Assembly: GCA_031285625.1 (NCBI GenBank)
Contig: JAITVV010000093.1
Span: forward strand, 32,001 to 96,000
Length of the DNA: 64,000 nt
Origin: Prevotella sp.
Lineage (GTDB): Bacteria > Bacteroidota > Bacteroidia > Bacteroidales > Dysgonomonadaceae
Reading direction: 5' to 3'
Of this stretch, positions 52,282 to 61,877 are shown piece by piece. The position numbers were made by a program, and so were the translations under genes. The stretch's first letter is position 1. Each line of letters opens with the position of its first letter. Below the pieces are notes generated by a model that had not been told where the DNA came from, did no database searches, and saw only the letters and a list, made by a program, of their open reading frames with translations.

Positions 52282-53376
52282 ATGGAACATATAGAAAATG
52301 ATGACCAATTCCAAGGATTAAAAGTAAATAAAGGTATTTCAGAACAACCTACAGTTAATCCGTATCTAAATAACTTCAAAAGATTTAAACGTAAAACATA
52401 TACCGTTTCAGAATACGTTGAAGGAATTCGCAAAGGTGACATTTCTATTCTGGGACAAGCTGTAACACTCATTGAGAGTTCAAAACAAGAACATCAATCC
52501 ATAGCTCAGGAAGTTATTGAAAAATGCCTGCCATATACTGGGGATTCTGTTCGTGTAGGGATTACAGGAGTTCCAGGAGCGGGAAAAAGCACCTCCATTG
52601 ATGCCTTTGGAATGCATATATTAAAGGGAAACAACAAGTTAGCAGTGTTAGCGATAGATCCGTCGAGTGAGATGACTAAAGGGAGCATATTAGGTGATAA
52701 AACCCGTATGGAACGTTTATCTATAGAAAAAAATGCATTTATCCGTCCCTCCCCTTCTGCAGGTTCATTAGGTGGAGTTGCCCGTAAAACCCGTGAAACT
52801 ATCATCTTATGCGAAGCTGCCGGATTTAATCGTATTATTGTTGAAACTGTTGGTGTAGGGCAATCAGAGACGGCTGTTCATTCGATGGTTGATTTCTTTT
52901 TACTTATACAGTTAGCTGGTACAGGTGACGAGCTACAAGGAATTAAGCGCGGAATAATGGAAATGGCTGATGGGATTGTTATAAATAAGGCTGATGGCAA
53001 CAATATTGAAAAAGCCCGTCTAGCCCAATCACATTTCCAGAATGCACTACATCTGTTTCCGCTACCGGATTCGGGTTGGGCTCCTAAAGTATTAACTTAT
53101 TCGGGGTATTACGAAATAGGTATTGAAGAAGTATGGAATATGATAGATGAATACATCGGATTTGTAAAACAGAATGGTTACTTTGATCACAGACGTAATG
53201 ATCAGGCACGTTTTTGGATGTATGAAACAATAAATGAACGATTAAAAAACGACTTCTATAATAATCCTGCCGTACAAGCAGAATTAAAAATCTGTGAACA
53301 ACAGGTTCTTAGTTCACAAATTACTCCTTTTTCGGCTGCTAATAAGGCATTAAATACATTTACGAAACATCGATAA
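52282..53376 (+). CDS. meaB: Methylmalonyl-CoA mutase-associated GTPase MeaB/ArgK
   Basis: GITGVPGAGKST, AIDPSS, GDKTRM, VETVGVGQSE, GDELQGIKRG, INKAD. Confidence 0.96.
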   Translation: MEHIENDDQFQGLKVNKGISEQPTVNPYLNNFKRFKRKTYTVSEYVEGIRKGDISILGQAVTLIESSKQEHQSIAQEVIEKCLPYTGDSVRVGITGVPGAGKSTSIDAFGMHILKGNNKLAVLAIDPSSEMTKGSILGDKTRMERLSIEKNAFIRPSPSAGSLGGVARKTRETIILCEAAGFNRIIVETVGVGQSETAVHSMVDFFLLIQLAGTGDELQGIKRGIMEMADGIVINKADGNNIEKARLAQSHFQNALHLFPLPDSGWAPKVLTYSGYYEIGIEEVWNMIDEYIGFVKQNGYFDHRRNDQARFWMYETINERLKNDFYNNPAVQAELKICEQQVLSSQITPFSAANKALNTFTKHR

Positions 53377-53508
53377 ATATAGTCTGTATTTATTCAGAAA
53401 ACACACATAATTGCCATCATTTGGCTAAATATTTTGCCAGAAATAGTTATATTTGTAGGCTTTACTAAAAAAATAATTTCATTGTTGAATTAACATTATA
53501 TATAAATC

Positions 53509-54471
53509 ATGGAAAAACCATATGCTATTGGAATTGATATCGGTGGAACTAATTCTGTTTTTGGTGTAGTTGATAAACGTGGACACATCATCAATCAGGG
53601 TTCTATCAAAACTGGAGCTTACAAAGAGATTAATGAATACGTAAACCATTTATCAGCTGGGGTTCAGGAGATTATAGATCAAGTGGGCGGTGCAGGCAAT
53701 ATAAAGGGTATTGGAGTTGGTGCTCCCAACGGGAATTTCTTTACAGGTTGTATCGAATTTGCTCCTAATCTGCCATGGAAAGGCGTGATTCCATTAGCAC
53801 AAATGTTAACAGATAAATTAAATGTACCTGTAGCTCTTACTAATGATGCTAATGCAGCAGCAATTGGAGAAATGACATATGGTGCAGCTCGTGGAATGAA
53901 AGATTTTATCGTTATCACTCTGGGAACAGGTGTTGGTAGCGGTATTGTTGTTAATGGGCAATTGGTATATGGCCATGATGGCTTTGCCGGAGAGCTTGGC
54001 CATACTACTATCCAGCGTCAGGGACGTATGTGTGGATGTGGTAAAAAAGGTTGTCTTGAAACATATAGCTCCGCAACAGGTGTTGCCAGAACAGCGAGAG
54101 AATTCCTTGAAACAAGAAAAGAACCAAGTTTATTAAGAGAACTAAATGCAGAAGAAATTACATCAAAAGATGTATACGATGCTGCAGTAAAAGGTGATGC
54201 CTTAGCTAAAGAAATATTTGATTTTACAGGACAAATGCTGGGTGAAGCTTTTGCTGATTTTGTTGCATTCTCAAGCCCTGAAGCTATTATACTATTTGGT
54301 GGATTAACAAAATCAAGCAAGTTTATTTTCGATCCTATCCGTAAGCATATGGAAGAAAATATGTTACCAATTTACCGTAACAAAATAAAATTATTAATAT
54401 CCGAACTTAAAGAAAGCGATGCTGCCGTACTTGGAGCCAGCGCTTTGGGTTGGGAAGTGAAAGACTATTAA
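53509..54471 (+). CDS. ROK family sugar kinase (glucokinase-like)
   Basis: GIDIGGT, NDANAAAIGE, TLGTGVGSG, GELGH, CGCGKKGCLE. Confidence 0.93.
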   Translation: MEKPYAIGIDIGGTNSVFGVVDKRGHIINQGSIKTGAYKEINEYVNHLSAGVQEIIDQVGGAGNIKGIGVGAPNGNFFTGCIEFAPNLPWKGVIPLAQMLTDKLNVPVALTNDANAAAIGEMTYGAARGMKDFIVITLGTGVGSGIVVNGQLVYGHDGFAGELGHTTIQRQGRMCGCGKKGCLETYSSATGVARTAREFLETRKEPSLLRELNAEEITSKDVYDAAVKGDALAKEIFDFTGQMLGEAFADFVAFSSPEAIILFGGLTKSSKFIFDPIRKHMEENMLPIYRNKIKLLISELKESDAAVLGASALGWEVKDY

Positions 54472-54565
54472 TAATTTTAGAAATAGAATTAATATAATAA
54501 CTCATTATCATATTATAAAAGCGGCATTGATATGATGCCGCTTTCTTATTTAAAAAAACACAATC

Positions 54566-56368
54566 ATGAAAAGAATAATAATTATTCTTACTCTCCTATT
54601 CTTATGGGCTTCTTCATCTGTTAATGCCCAACAAAAAGTGGAACCTACTTGGGAATCTATCCAGGAACGGGGTTATCCAGAGTGGTTTAATGACGCTAAA
54701 CTTGGAATTTTTATTCATTGGGGTCTATATTCAGTACCTTCATGGACTAAGAAAGAAGGCTATTCAGAATGGGCATACAAGGGGTGGCGCGATGGCAATT
54801 CACAAGCCGTAGATTTTGCGAAAAAGGTCTATGGAAAAGACTTCGAGTATAAGGATTTTCGGGATATGTTCAAAGCAGAACTATTTGATGCTCAGGAATG
54901 GGCTGACCTCTTTAAACGTGCCGGTGCTAAATACGTTGTTCTAGTATCGAAACATCACGATGGTTATGCCATGTGGGACAGCAAATATTCCCCGGGATGG
55001 AATTCTGTAGAAACAGGTCCAAAACGTGATATTGTGGGGGAACTGACCGACGCAGTAAAAAAGGATGGGCTGAAAATGGGACTATATTATTCATTACCGG
55101 AGTGGTCAAACAAGATCCATCGTTGGGAAATAGACGACAACGATTCCATAGGCAAATATGTAGATCAACATATGGTACCTCAGTTTAAAGAATTAGTTAG
55201 CAAATATAAACCTTCCCTTATCTTCACTGATGGAGAATGGTGGAATACAGCTGAACAATGGCATGCACGTGAGTTAATAGCCTGGTATTATAATCTTATA
55301 GGAGATGATGCTATAGTTAATGATCGCTGGGGATACGGAGCTGATTATGGCTACAAAACACCGGAATATAGCGCAGGAATTACTATGACAGACCGTCCAT
55401 GGGCAGAGGTACGTGGAATAGGGCGTTCATTCGGACTGAATAGAAACGAGCCTATCGAAAATTATTTAACTGAAGATGATCTTATTCGTCATTTTGCTAC
55501 ATTAGTTGCAAATGGAGGAGGTCTTACATTAAATGTTGGTCCGGCAGGAGATGGACAGATTCCTCTTTTACAGCAAGAGAGGTTATTACAATTAGGTAAC
55601 TGGCTTAATGTGAATGGCGAAGCCATATATGGTACCCGGGCTTATAAAAAGCATACAGAAGAAAAAGAAATAAGCATAACCCGCATCGATTCTACAATAA
55701 ATTTTAACTGGGTACGTAATTCTCCGGATTCACGTATTCGTGTAGATCATTTTACAGGAGAATGGAACGGATTTATAAGTCCGTCTTACAACGAAGAATA
55801 TACATTTACAGCTAAAGCTGATGATGGTGTTAAAGTGTGGATCGATGGTAAGTTAATCATAGATCAATGGAATAAACAAGATCAAACTCTGGATGGTTTT
55901 GTACAAGGTGCAGAGACTACCCAGACACATATAAGTAAAATCAAATTGAAAAAGGGAGAAAAATATCCAATAAAAGTTGAATACTTTGAAGATGTTCAGA
56001 ATGCATCTATTGAGGTAAAATGGAGTTCTAAGTCCCAAAAAGAAGAGATAATCCCCTACTCTAGCCTGTATGTTGATAGCTCCTTAAACTCAAGGAATGG
56101 TTTAAATGCAAAATACAGTTCATTTAAATCATATATAGCTTATACTCAAAAAGGTAATAATATTTATGCTATACTACTTGAGTGGCAAGATGATAGATGT
56201 ATTCTGAATATAGACAGACCAGCGGATAATACAAAAGTAACTATGCTGGGCATAGACAAAGATTTACCTTGGAAATATGAAAAAGGTCAGATGATCATTG
56301 ATATGACTCCTATCAAATTCTCTGAAATACCATGTCACTCAGCATGGACATTAAAGATTTCACAATAA
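54566..56368 (+). CDS. GH29 alpha-L-fucosidase with an inserted PA14 domain
   Basis: WFNDAKLGIFIHWGLYSVP, KHHDGY, VNDRWG, GEAIYGTR. PA14 motifs ADDGVKVWIDGKLIIDQW and YPIKVEYFE. Confidence 0.92.
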   Translation: MKRIIIILTLLFLWASSSVNAQQKVEPTWESIQERGYPEWFNDAKLGIFIHWGLYSVPSWTKKEGYSEWAYKGWRDGNSQAVDFAKKVYGKDFEYKDFRDMFKAELFDAQEWADLFKRAGAKYVVLVSKHHDGYAMWDSKYSPGWNSVETGPKRDIVGELTDAVKKDGLKMGLYYSLPEWSNKIHRWEIDDNDSIGKYVDQHMVPQFKELVSKYKPSLIFTDGEWWNTAEQWHARELIAWYYNLIGDDAIVNDRWGYGADYGYKTPEYSAGITMTDRPWAEVRGIGRSFGLNRNEPIENYLTEDDLIRHFATLVANGGGLTLNVGPAGDGQIPLLQQERLLQLGNWLNVNGEAIYGTRAYKKHTEEKEISITRIDSTINFNWVRNSPDSRIRVDHFTGEWNGFISPSYNEEYTFTAKADDGVKVWIDGKLIIDQWNKQDQTLDGFVQGAETTQTHISKIKLKKGEKYPIKVEYFEDVQNASIEVKWSSKSQKEEIIPYSSLYVDSSLNSRNGLNAKYSSFKSYIAYTQKGNNIYAILLEWQDDRCILNIDRPADNTKVTMLGIDKDLPWKYEKGQMIIDMTPIKFSEIPCHSAWTLKISQ

Positions 56369-56473
56369 ATATTATCAAATAAACAGCTTGTTGTCTTAAA
56401 AACACAAGCTGTTTTATTATTTTTATATTACCTCTATTTTATTAACTTTGCAGCTTAAAATATATCCATAAAA

Positions 56474-57640
56474 ATGAGTGACCAGCGATACAATCAGCGA
56501 GGCGTTTCAGCATCCAAAGAAGATGTACATAATGCAATCAAAAATATAGACAAGGGCATATTTCCTAAGGCATTTTGCAAGATTATTCCTGATATACTAG
56601 GTGGTGATCCCGAATATTGTAATATAATGCATGCCGATGGAGCCGGAACAAAGTCTTCATTAGCTTATATGTACTGGAAAGAAACCGGCGATATCTCTAT
56701 ATGGAGAGGGATTGCTCAGGATGCCCTGATTATGAATATTGATGACTTGCTATGTGTAGGAGCTACAGATAATATTTTGCTTTCTTCTACAATTGGTAGA
56801 AATAAAATGCTGATTCCCGGTGAAGTTATTTCAGCAATAATCAATGGTACAAATGATTTGTGTAATGAATTATCGGAACTCGGAGTTAATATTTATCCTA
56901 CGGGCGGTGAAACTGCTGATGTAGGAGATCTGGTACGCACTATTATTGTAGACAGCACCGTTGCATGCAGAATGAAGCGTGCTGATGTGATATCAAATGA
57001 TAAAATACATGGTGGAGACGTAATTGTTGGACTATCTTCTTACGGACAAGCTACCTACGAGAAAGAATATAACGGAGGAATGGGTAGTAACGGCTTGACT
57101 TCGGCCCGTCACGATGTTTTTGCTAATTATCTGGCAACTAAGTACCCTGAAAGCTATGATTCTTCAATCCCTGCAAATTTGGTTTATTCAGGCAAGATGA
57201 ATTTAACAGATAAGATTGAAGGACTGGATATAGATGCCGGAAAACTTGTGCTCTCCCCTACCCGCACCTATGCGCCTGTTATTAAACAAATACTTGAAAA
57301 GTTGAGATCGGTTATACATGGTATGGTACATTGTTCTGGAGGTGCGCAGACAAAAGTGCTTCACTTTGTAGATAATGTACAAATCACCAAAAATAATATG
57401 TTTCCTGTCCCACCTCTTTTCAAATTGATCCAGGAACAATCTGGGACAGATTGGAAAGAGATGTACAAAGTCTTTAATATGGGACATCGCATGGAGATAT
57501 ACTTGCCTTCGGAATATGCTCAGGAGGTGATTGATATATCCAAATCATTTGGTATAGATGCACAGATTGTAGGGTATGTAGAGAAGTCAGATAAGACAGA
57601 ATTAGTGATTGAAAGTGAATTTGGTAGATTTGAATACTAA
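56474..57640 (+). CDS. purM: Phosphoribosylformylglycinamidine cyclo-ligase (AIR synthase)
   Basis: MHADGAGTKS, GGETADVGD, MGSNG, HCSGG, VFNMGHRM. Confidence 0.95.
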   Translation: MSDQRYNQRGVSASKEDVHNAIKNIDKGIFPKAFCKIIPDILGGDPEYCNIMHADGAGTKSSLAYMYWKETGDISIWRGIAQDALIMNIDDLLCVGATDNILLSSTIGRNKMLIPGEVISAIINGTNDLCNELSELGVNIYPTGGETADVGDLVRTIIVDSTVACRMKRADVISNDKIHGGDVIVGLSSYGQATYEKEYNGGMGSNGLTSARHDVFANYLATKYPESYDSSIPANLVYSGKMNLTDKIEGLDIDAGKLVLSPTRTYAPVIKQILEKLRSVIHGMVHCSGGAQTKVLHFVDNVQITKNNMFPVPPLFKLIQEQSGTDWKEMYKVFNMGHRMEIYLPSEYAQEVIDISKSFGIDAQIVGYVEKSDKTELVIESEFGRFEY

Positions 57641-57762
57641 TTTAGAATCATTGTATATAGGAGATTACAGTTTTAACTTCCGTTAATGTTGTTTTAACCA
57701 AATTGCTTCTATATTTGCAACATACAAATACTTTAATTATTTACATTAATAAAGTGAAAAGG

Positions 57763-57972
57763 ATGAAAAAACTAGTTATGTCAGCGATCATGTGTATAGC
57801 TTTGGCTGCTTCTACAAGTGTAATGGCTCAGGATAAAACTCCAAAGAAAGACTGTTGCAAAGATAAAACAGAATGTACAAAAGACAAGAAAGACTGTAGC
57901 AAAGATAAAAAAGCTTGTACTAAAGATGGTGAGAAATGCACTAAAGATAAAGCTGCTGCTGACAAAAAATAA
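57763..57972 (+). CDS. Small exported Cys/Lys/Asp repeat protein
   Basis: Signal peptide MKKLVMSAIMCIALAASTSVMA followed by five CxKDxxx heptads. Has its own TATATTTG box and downstream hairpin. Confidence 0.8.
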   Translation: MKKLVMSAIMCIALAASTSVMAQDKTPKKDCCKDKTECTKDKKDCSKDKKACTKDGEKCTKDKAAADKK

Positions 57973-58064
57973 TAAAGAATATCACATAGAGTATAAAGAG
58001 CTATCCCATTATTGAGGTAGCTCTTTGTTTATTATTAAAAAAGCACAACTAATACAAGCTATAA

Positions 58065-58190
58065 ATGATAAAAAGAACAGCTATTCTTATTGTTTTATTC
58101 CTGTCTATCTTCCTTAAATCCTATGCAACAGATTCTATAAGTCCTGAAAATGCCGAATATTCTAGATCTATTAAAATAGATATTATATAA
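58065..58190 (+). CDS. 41-aa ORF with a signal-peptide-like N-terminus (small protein or truncated gene)
   Basis: MIKRTAILIVLFLSIFLKSYATDSISPENAEYSRSIKIDII; followed directly by a hairpin. Confidence 0.4.
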   Translation: MIKRTAILIVLFLSIFLKSYATDSISPENAEYSRSIKIDII

Positions 58191-58302
58191 TCAAAGAGCT
58201 AATCGGATCAGATAGCTCTTTGATATAAGCTCATAAACGACTCATTATGAATCTATAAACAAGTTAAATAAAAAAAGACCACCAAATTATGGTAGTCTTT
58301 TG

Positions 58303-58376
58303 AGCCTCTTGTCGGATTCGAACCAACGACCCCGAGATTACAAATCACGTGCTCTGGCCAACTGAGCTAAAGAGGC
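58303..58376 (-). tRNA. tRNA-Thr (anticodon TGT)
   Basis: GCCTCTTTAGCTCAGTTGGCCAGAGCACGTGATTTGTAATCTCGGGGTCGTTGGTTCGAATCCGACAAGAGGCT folds as a cloverleaf with a GTTCGAA T-loop. Confidence 0.97.
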
Positions 58377-58377
58377 A

Positions 58378-58477
58378 GGTGGGCAAGCTTACTATATCGC
58401 GTCGCTACAACCGACGGCCCTTGCTGCGATCAAACCCTGGGGGATTAATCGGGAGCTGACCGTATAGGACTTACCCG
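58378..58477 (-). ncRNA. ffs: Small SRP (4.5S) RNA
   Basis: About 100-nt rod with paired ends (GGGTAAG/CTTGCCC) and the domain IV signature CCCCCAGG...AGCAAGGG. A TACTTTTG -7 box lies at 58481-88. Confidence 0.88.
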
Positions 58478-58706
58478 CGACAAAAGTAGATAAATTTTTC
58501 ATATTCACAAAATGTGAATTGCATTTTTTCCTTTGATTTCCTTTTATTACATTTGTGTGGAACTCGTTTTCGAAAAAAATCAGTTAGTTGTCAGATAGTT
58601 ATAATTATCTACTTTTTTTGAAAAAAGTGAACTGAAAAATGAGATTTGGAGTAGAATACTATAATAAAATGTAAAAATTATATTTCAAAAGAAAACAAAC
58701 TGGATT

Positions 58707-59792
58707 ATGAAAAAAGTATTTGGCTCCTTTATTCTTTTTTTATTGGGATGTGTAGCTTGCAGTAGCGATGATGATGAAAAAATGAGGATAGGATATTCAG
58801 GAAAAGATATAAGTAATCAGGTAGAGATAGTTCGTGATGCTGAAACAAAAAAAGCTACAATGAATGTCACGACAGATAATGAGTGGAAACTTTATGCCGG
58901 TCCGACTGTTGAAGCTATAGATTTGACACAGATTGTATTAACAGGAACCAGCAAAGGAGAATTTAATCTGGCTTTGGATGCTGACAAGCGATATATCTTC
59001 CAGTTTGAAACAAAAGAAGGACAAGCTCTTGTTGCAGAAAAACGGTTGCCAATTAAGGGTGGCTATAATTTCCGTGATATGGGCGGAATGAAGAATAAAG
59101 AAAATAAATTTGTGCGCTGGGGGCGACTGTTTCGTACCGATGAAATGAATAAGCTTACCGATGAAGACCTTACATATGTAGCTAGTACAGGTCTTCTTAC
59201 AGTTGTTGATTTCCGTACTTCCAGCGAAAAAGAAGGAGGTTTGGGTGGCATGATACCTTCTGCACCGGATAAACTGGCAGTAAGTATAAAGAATACATAT
59301 GACTTACCTATTTCTGCTGGCAATATCTTCTCAGACGAAGCAATGAATAAGATAAGACAAGGTGCGACATCAGATGAATTAGCGGAAGTAATGAAAAACT
59401 CATATATAGAGTTGGTAAGTAAGGATGAATATGTAGCATCTTTGAAAACATTCTTTTCGTATATTCAGGATGAAAGTAAATTACCTTTAAGCTTTCATTG
59501 TTCGGCAGGAAAAGATCGTGTCGGAGTAGTTTCAATGCTTATATATTCGGCTTTGGATATAGATAAGGAAACAATAATGAAAGATTATATGTTAAGTAAG
59601 CAATATATAGCCGGCAAATATGACAGATATGTAATGGTATATCCATCTATAGGTCCATTGGTAACCGTAGATGAAGCATATCTGGAAGCTGCATATACAA
59701 CTATAGAGCAAAAATATGGTTCAATGAATAAATTTTTAACAGAAGTTCTGAATATAGATATAAATAAGATGGAGAAGCTGTATCTTTATTGA
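58707..59792 (+). CDS. Lipoprotein tyrosine-phosphatase-family enzyme (IphP/Y_phosphatase3 type)
   Basis: Lipobox CVAC then SSDDDEK, NFRDMGG, VVDFR, P-loop FHCSAGKDRVG, DYMLS. Confidence 0.9.
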   Translation: MKKVFGSFILFLLGCVACSSDDDEKMRIGYSGKDISNQVEIVRDAETKKATMNVTTDNEWKLYAGPTVEAIDLTQIVLTGTSKGEFNLALDADKRYIFQFETKEGQALVAEKRLPIKGGYNFRDMGGMKNKENKFVRWGRLFRTDEMNKLTDEDLTYVASTGLLTVVDFRTSSEKEGGLGGMIPSAPDKLAVSIKNTYDLPISAGNIFSDEAMNKIRQGATSDELAEVMKNSYIELVSKDEYVASLKTFFSYIQDESKLPLSFHCSAGKDRVGVVSMLIYSALDIDKETIMKDYMLSKQYIAGKYDRYVMVYPSIGPLVTVDEAYLEAAYTTIEQKYGSMNKFLTEVLNIDINKMEKLYLY

Positions 59793-59832
59793 GGAATTAA
59801 GGTTATACAACAATTAAAATATAAATACTGAA

Positions 59833-61062
59833 ATGAGCATAACAGTAGTAGATCGTTTTTTGAAATACGTAAAATTTGATACAGAATCAAGTACAGAAAC
59901 AGGTGTAACGCCCAGCACTCCGGGGCAGATGGTTTTAGCCCGCGAGATTGAAAAAGAATTACATGAAATGGGATTAGAAGATATATCCTTAGATGATAAG
60001 GGGTATATAATGGCAACTCTTCCTGCCAATACAGACAAAAAAATACCTGCAATAGGATTTGTAGCCCATATGGATACCAGTCCTGATTTGACGGGAAAAG
60101 ATGTAAATCCCCGTATTGTTGAAAATTATAATGGAAAGGATATTATATTGAATAAGGAACTCAACATAATCCTCTCTCCTTCCGACTTCCCTGAAATGAA
60201 GGATTATACAGGTCAGGATTTGATTGTTACAGATGGCAAAACACTGCTAGGCGCAGATGATAAAGCCGGGATTGCAGAGATTCTTACCGCTATTCAATAT
60301 CTAAAAGACCATCCTGAAATTAAGCATGGAAAGATACGTATAGGATTTACTCCGGATGAAGAAATAGGTGCCGGAGCAGATTATTTTGATGTCGAAAAGT
60401 TCGGTTGCGAGTGGGCTTATACGATGGACGGAGGTCCTATTGGAGAATTGGAATACGAGAACTTCAATGCTGCAGGAGTAAAGATCAGCATTCAGGGGCG
60501 TAGTGTACATCCCGGATATGCAAAAGATAAAATGGTAAATGCTTTGGTTGTTGCAAACAAATTGACTTCCCTTTTACCTCAGAACGAAAGGCCTGAACAT
60601 ACAACCGGATATGAGGGATTCTATCACCTTACTAATATTTCGGGTACGGTAGATGCCGCCACAGTTGGTTATATTATTCGTGATCATAACCGTGATATAT
60701 TTGAAAAGCGTAAACAATTGATGCTCGATACAGTTGATTATATAAATAAACTATATCCGGAGAGTACAACTGTAGAAATAAAAGATCAATATTACAATAT
60801 GCGTGAAAAGGTAGAACCGGTAATACATATTGTAAATCTGGCATTTGAAGCTATGACCTCAGTTGGTGTTACTCCTATCGTAAAACCGATCAGAGGTGGA
60901 ACCGATGGTGCCCGTCTGTCTTTTATGGGTTTGCCTTGTCCTAATATCTTTGCAGGAGGACATAATTTTCATGGCAGATATGAATTTGTACCGGTACAAT
61001 CAATGAAAAAAGCCGTTGAAGTAATTGTAAAGATTACTGAATTAGTAGCGTCTAAAGGCTAA
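59833..61062 (+). CDS. pepT: Peptidase T (M20B tripeptidase)
   Basis: [37 protein letters not shown]. Confidence 0.98.
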   Translation: MSITVVDRFLKYVKFDTESSTETGVTPSTPGQMVLAREIEKELHEMGLEDISLDDKGYIMATLPANTDKKIPAIGFVAHMDTSPDLTGKDVNPRIVENYNGKDIILNKELNIILSPSDFPEMKDYTGQDLIVTDGKTLLGADDKAGIAEILTAIQYLKDHPEIKHGKIRIGFTPDEEIGAGADYFDVEKFGCEWAYTMDGGPIGELEYENFNAAGVKISIQGRSVHPGYAKDKMVNALVVANKLTSLLPQNERPEHTTGYEGFYHLTNISGTVDAATVGYIIRDHNRDIFEKRKQLMLDTVDYINKLYPESTTVEIKDQYYNMREKVEPVIHIVNLAFEAMTSVGVTPIVKPIRGGTDGARLSFMGLPCPNIFAGGHNFHGRYEFVPVQSMKKAVEVIVKITELVASKG

Positions 61063-61065
61063 AAC

Positions 61066-61773
61066 ATGAGAAAAGTAGCATTACCGATAATTATATCACT
61101 ATTATTCTGCCTGTCAGCTTGTAATAAGCATAAAAACGGCTGTGATATGCGCTCGGAAGTTTCTCTGGGTAGTCTGGATTATACGACCTGGATTTATAAG
61201 AATGAGGGTATAAATATCGAATGGAAACTGCCTCACGGTTGGTACACTACAGAGGTTGTTGGTGAATCTGCGGATAACTATACAACTCATTCGGTGCGTA
61301 TAGGAGATGAAAAAGATAAGAAAACCCCTCCCTATTCTATTACTTTGTCTGATTTGAAAAAAACGGAGAGTAAGAATAGTTTCACAATGTTCTTTGCCAT
61401 CACCAAAGATTCGGTAGGGTCTGATATAAATATAAAAACACCATCCATGTATGTTGGACTCATTTTCTCAGAAAAGCTGAATCCCATAAAAGATCTGGAG
61501 CTAATAGAAAAAAGAAGCGCCAAAATGCGTGCAAACAAAGTTAAATTAATTAAATCGGCTATAAAAGAAGGGTTACCAGTAGGCGATTGGGAACAACCAT
61601 ACTGGGAAGCAACATCAGAAGACAGTAATGATGGAACTAAGGCCTATGGAATTGTTACCCTGAAAGACTACGGATGCTATAATTTCTATATTATGGCAAC
61701 ATACTTTAATGAGGGAGAAAAAGGAGAAATTCTGGAAATTCTAAAAAATAATATAAGTACAATTAATAATTAA
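61066..61773 (+). CDS. Hypothetical lipoprotein
   Basis: Lipobox LSAC after a hydrophobic signal. No family recognised. Confidence 0.75.
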   Translation: MRKVALPIIISLLFCLSACNKHKNGCDMRSEVSLGSLDYTTWIYKNEGINIEWKLPHGWYTTEVVGESADNYTTHSVRIGDEKDKKTPPYSITLSDLKKTESKNSFTMFFAITKDSVGSDINIKTPSMYVGLIFSEKLNPIKDLELIEKRSAKMRANKVKLIKSAIKEGLPVGDWEQPYWEATSEDSNDGTKAYGIVTLKDYGCYNFYIMATYFNEGEKGEILEILKNNISTINN

Positions 61774-61853
61774 ATTATCTAATATAAGGAAAGCGGGGTA
61801 ACAAAAGGTAACACAGCAAAAAACGATAATAACTGTCACCTTTGTCACTTTTT
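61773..61853 (+). repeat. Dispersed GTAACA/TGTYAC element with four hexamers
   Basis: AATTATCTAATATAAGG, then GTAACA-AAAG-GTAACA (61798-813), N20, TGTCAC-CTT-TGTCAC-TTTTT (61834-53). Confidence 0.8.
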
Positions 61854-61877
61854 AATAAAAACATAAATTTAAGAAAA

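Noticed and set aside
58503-58519. Palindrome ATTCACA-AAA-TGTGAAT between ffs and the phosphatase gene
   Set aside because: Single AT-rich occurrence with spacing that does not match a CRP/FNR site; insufficient support.
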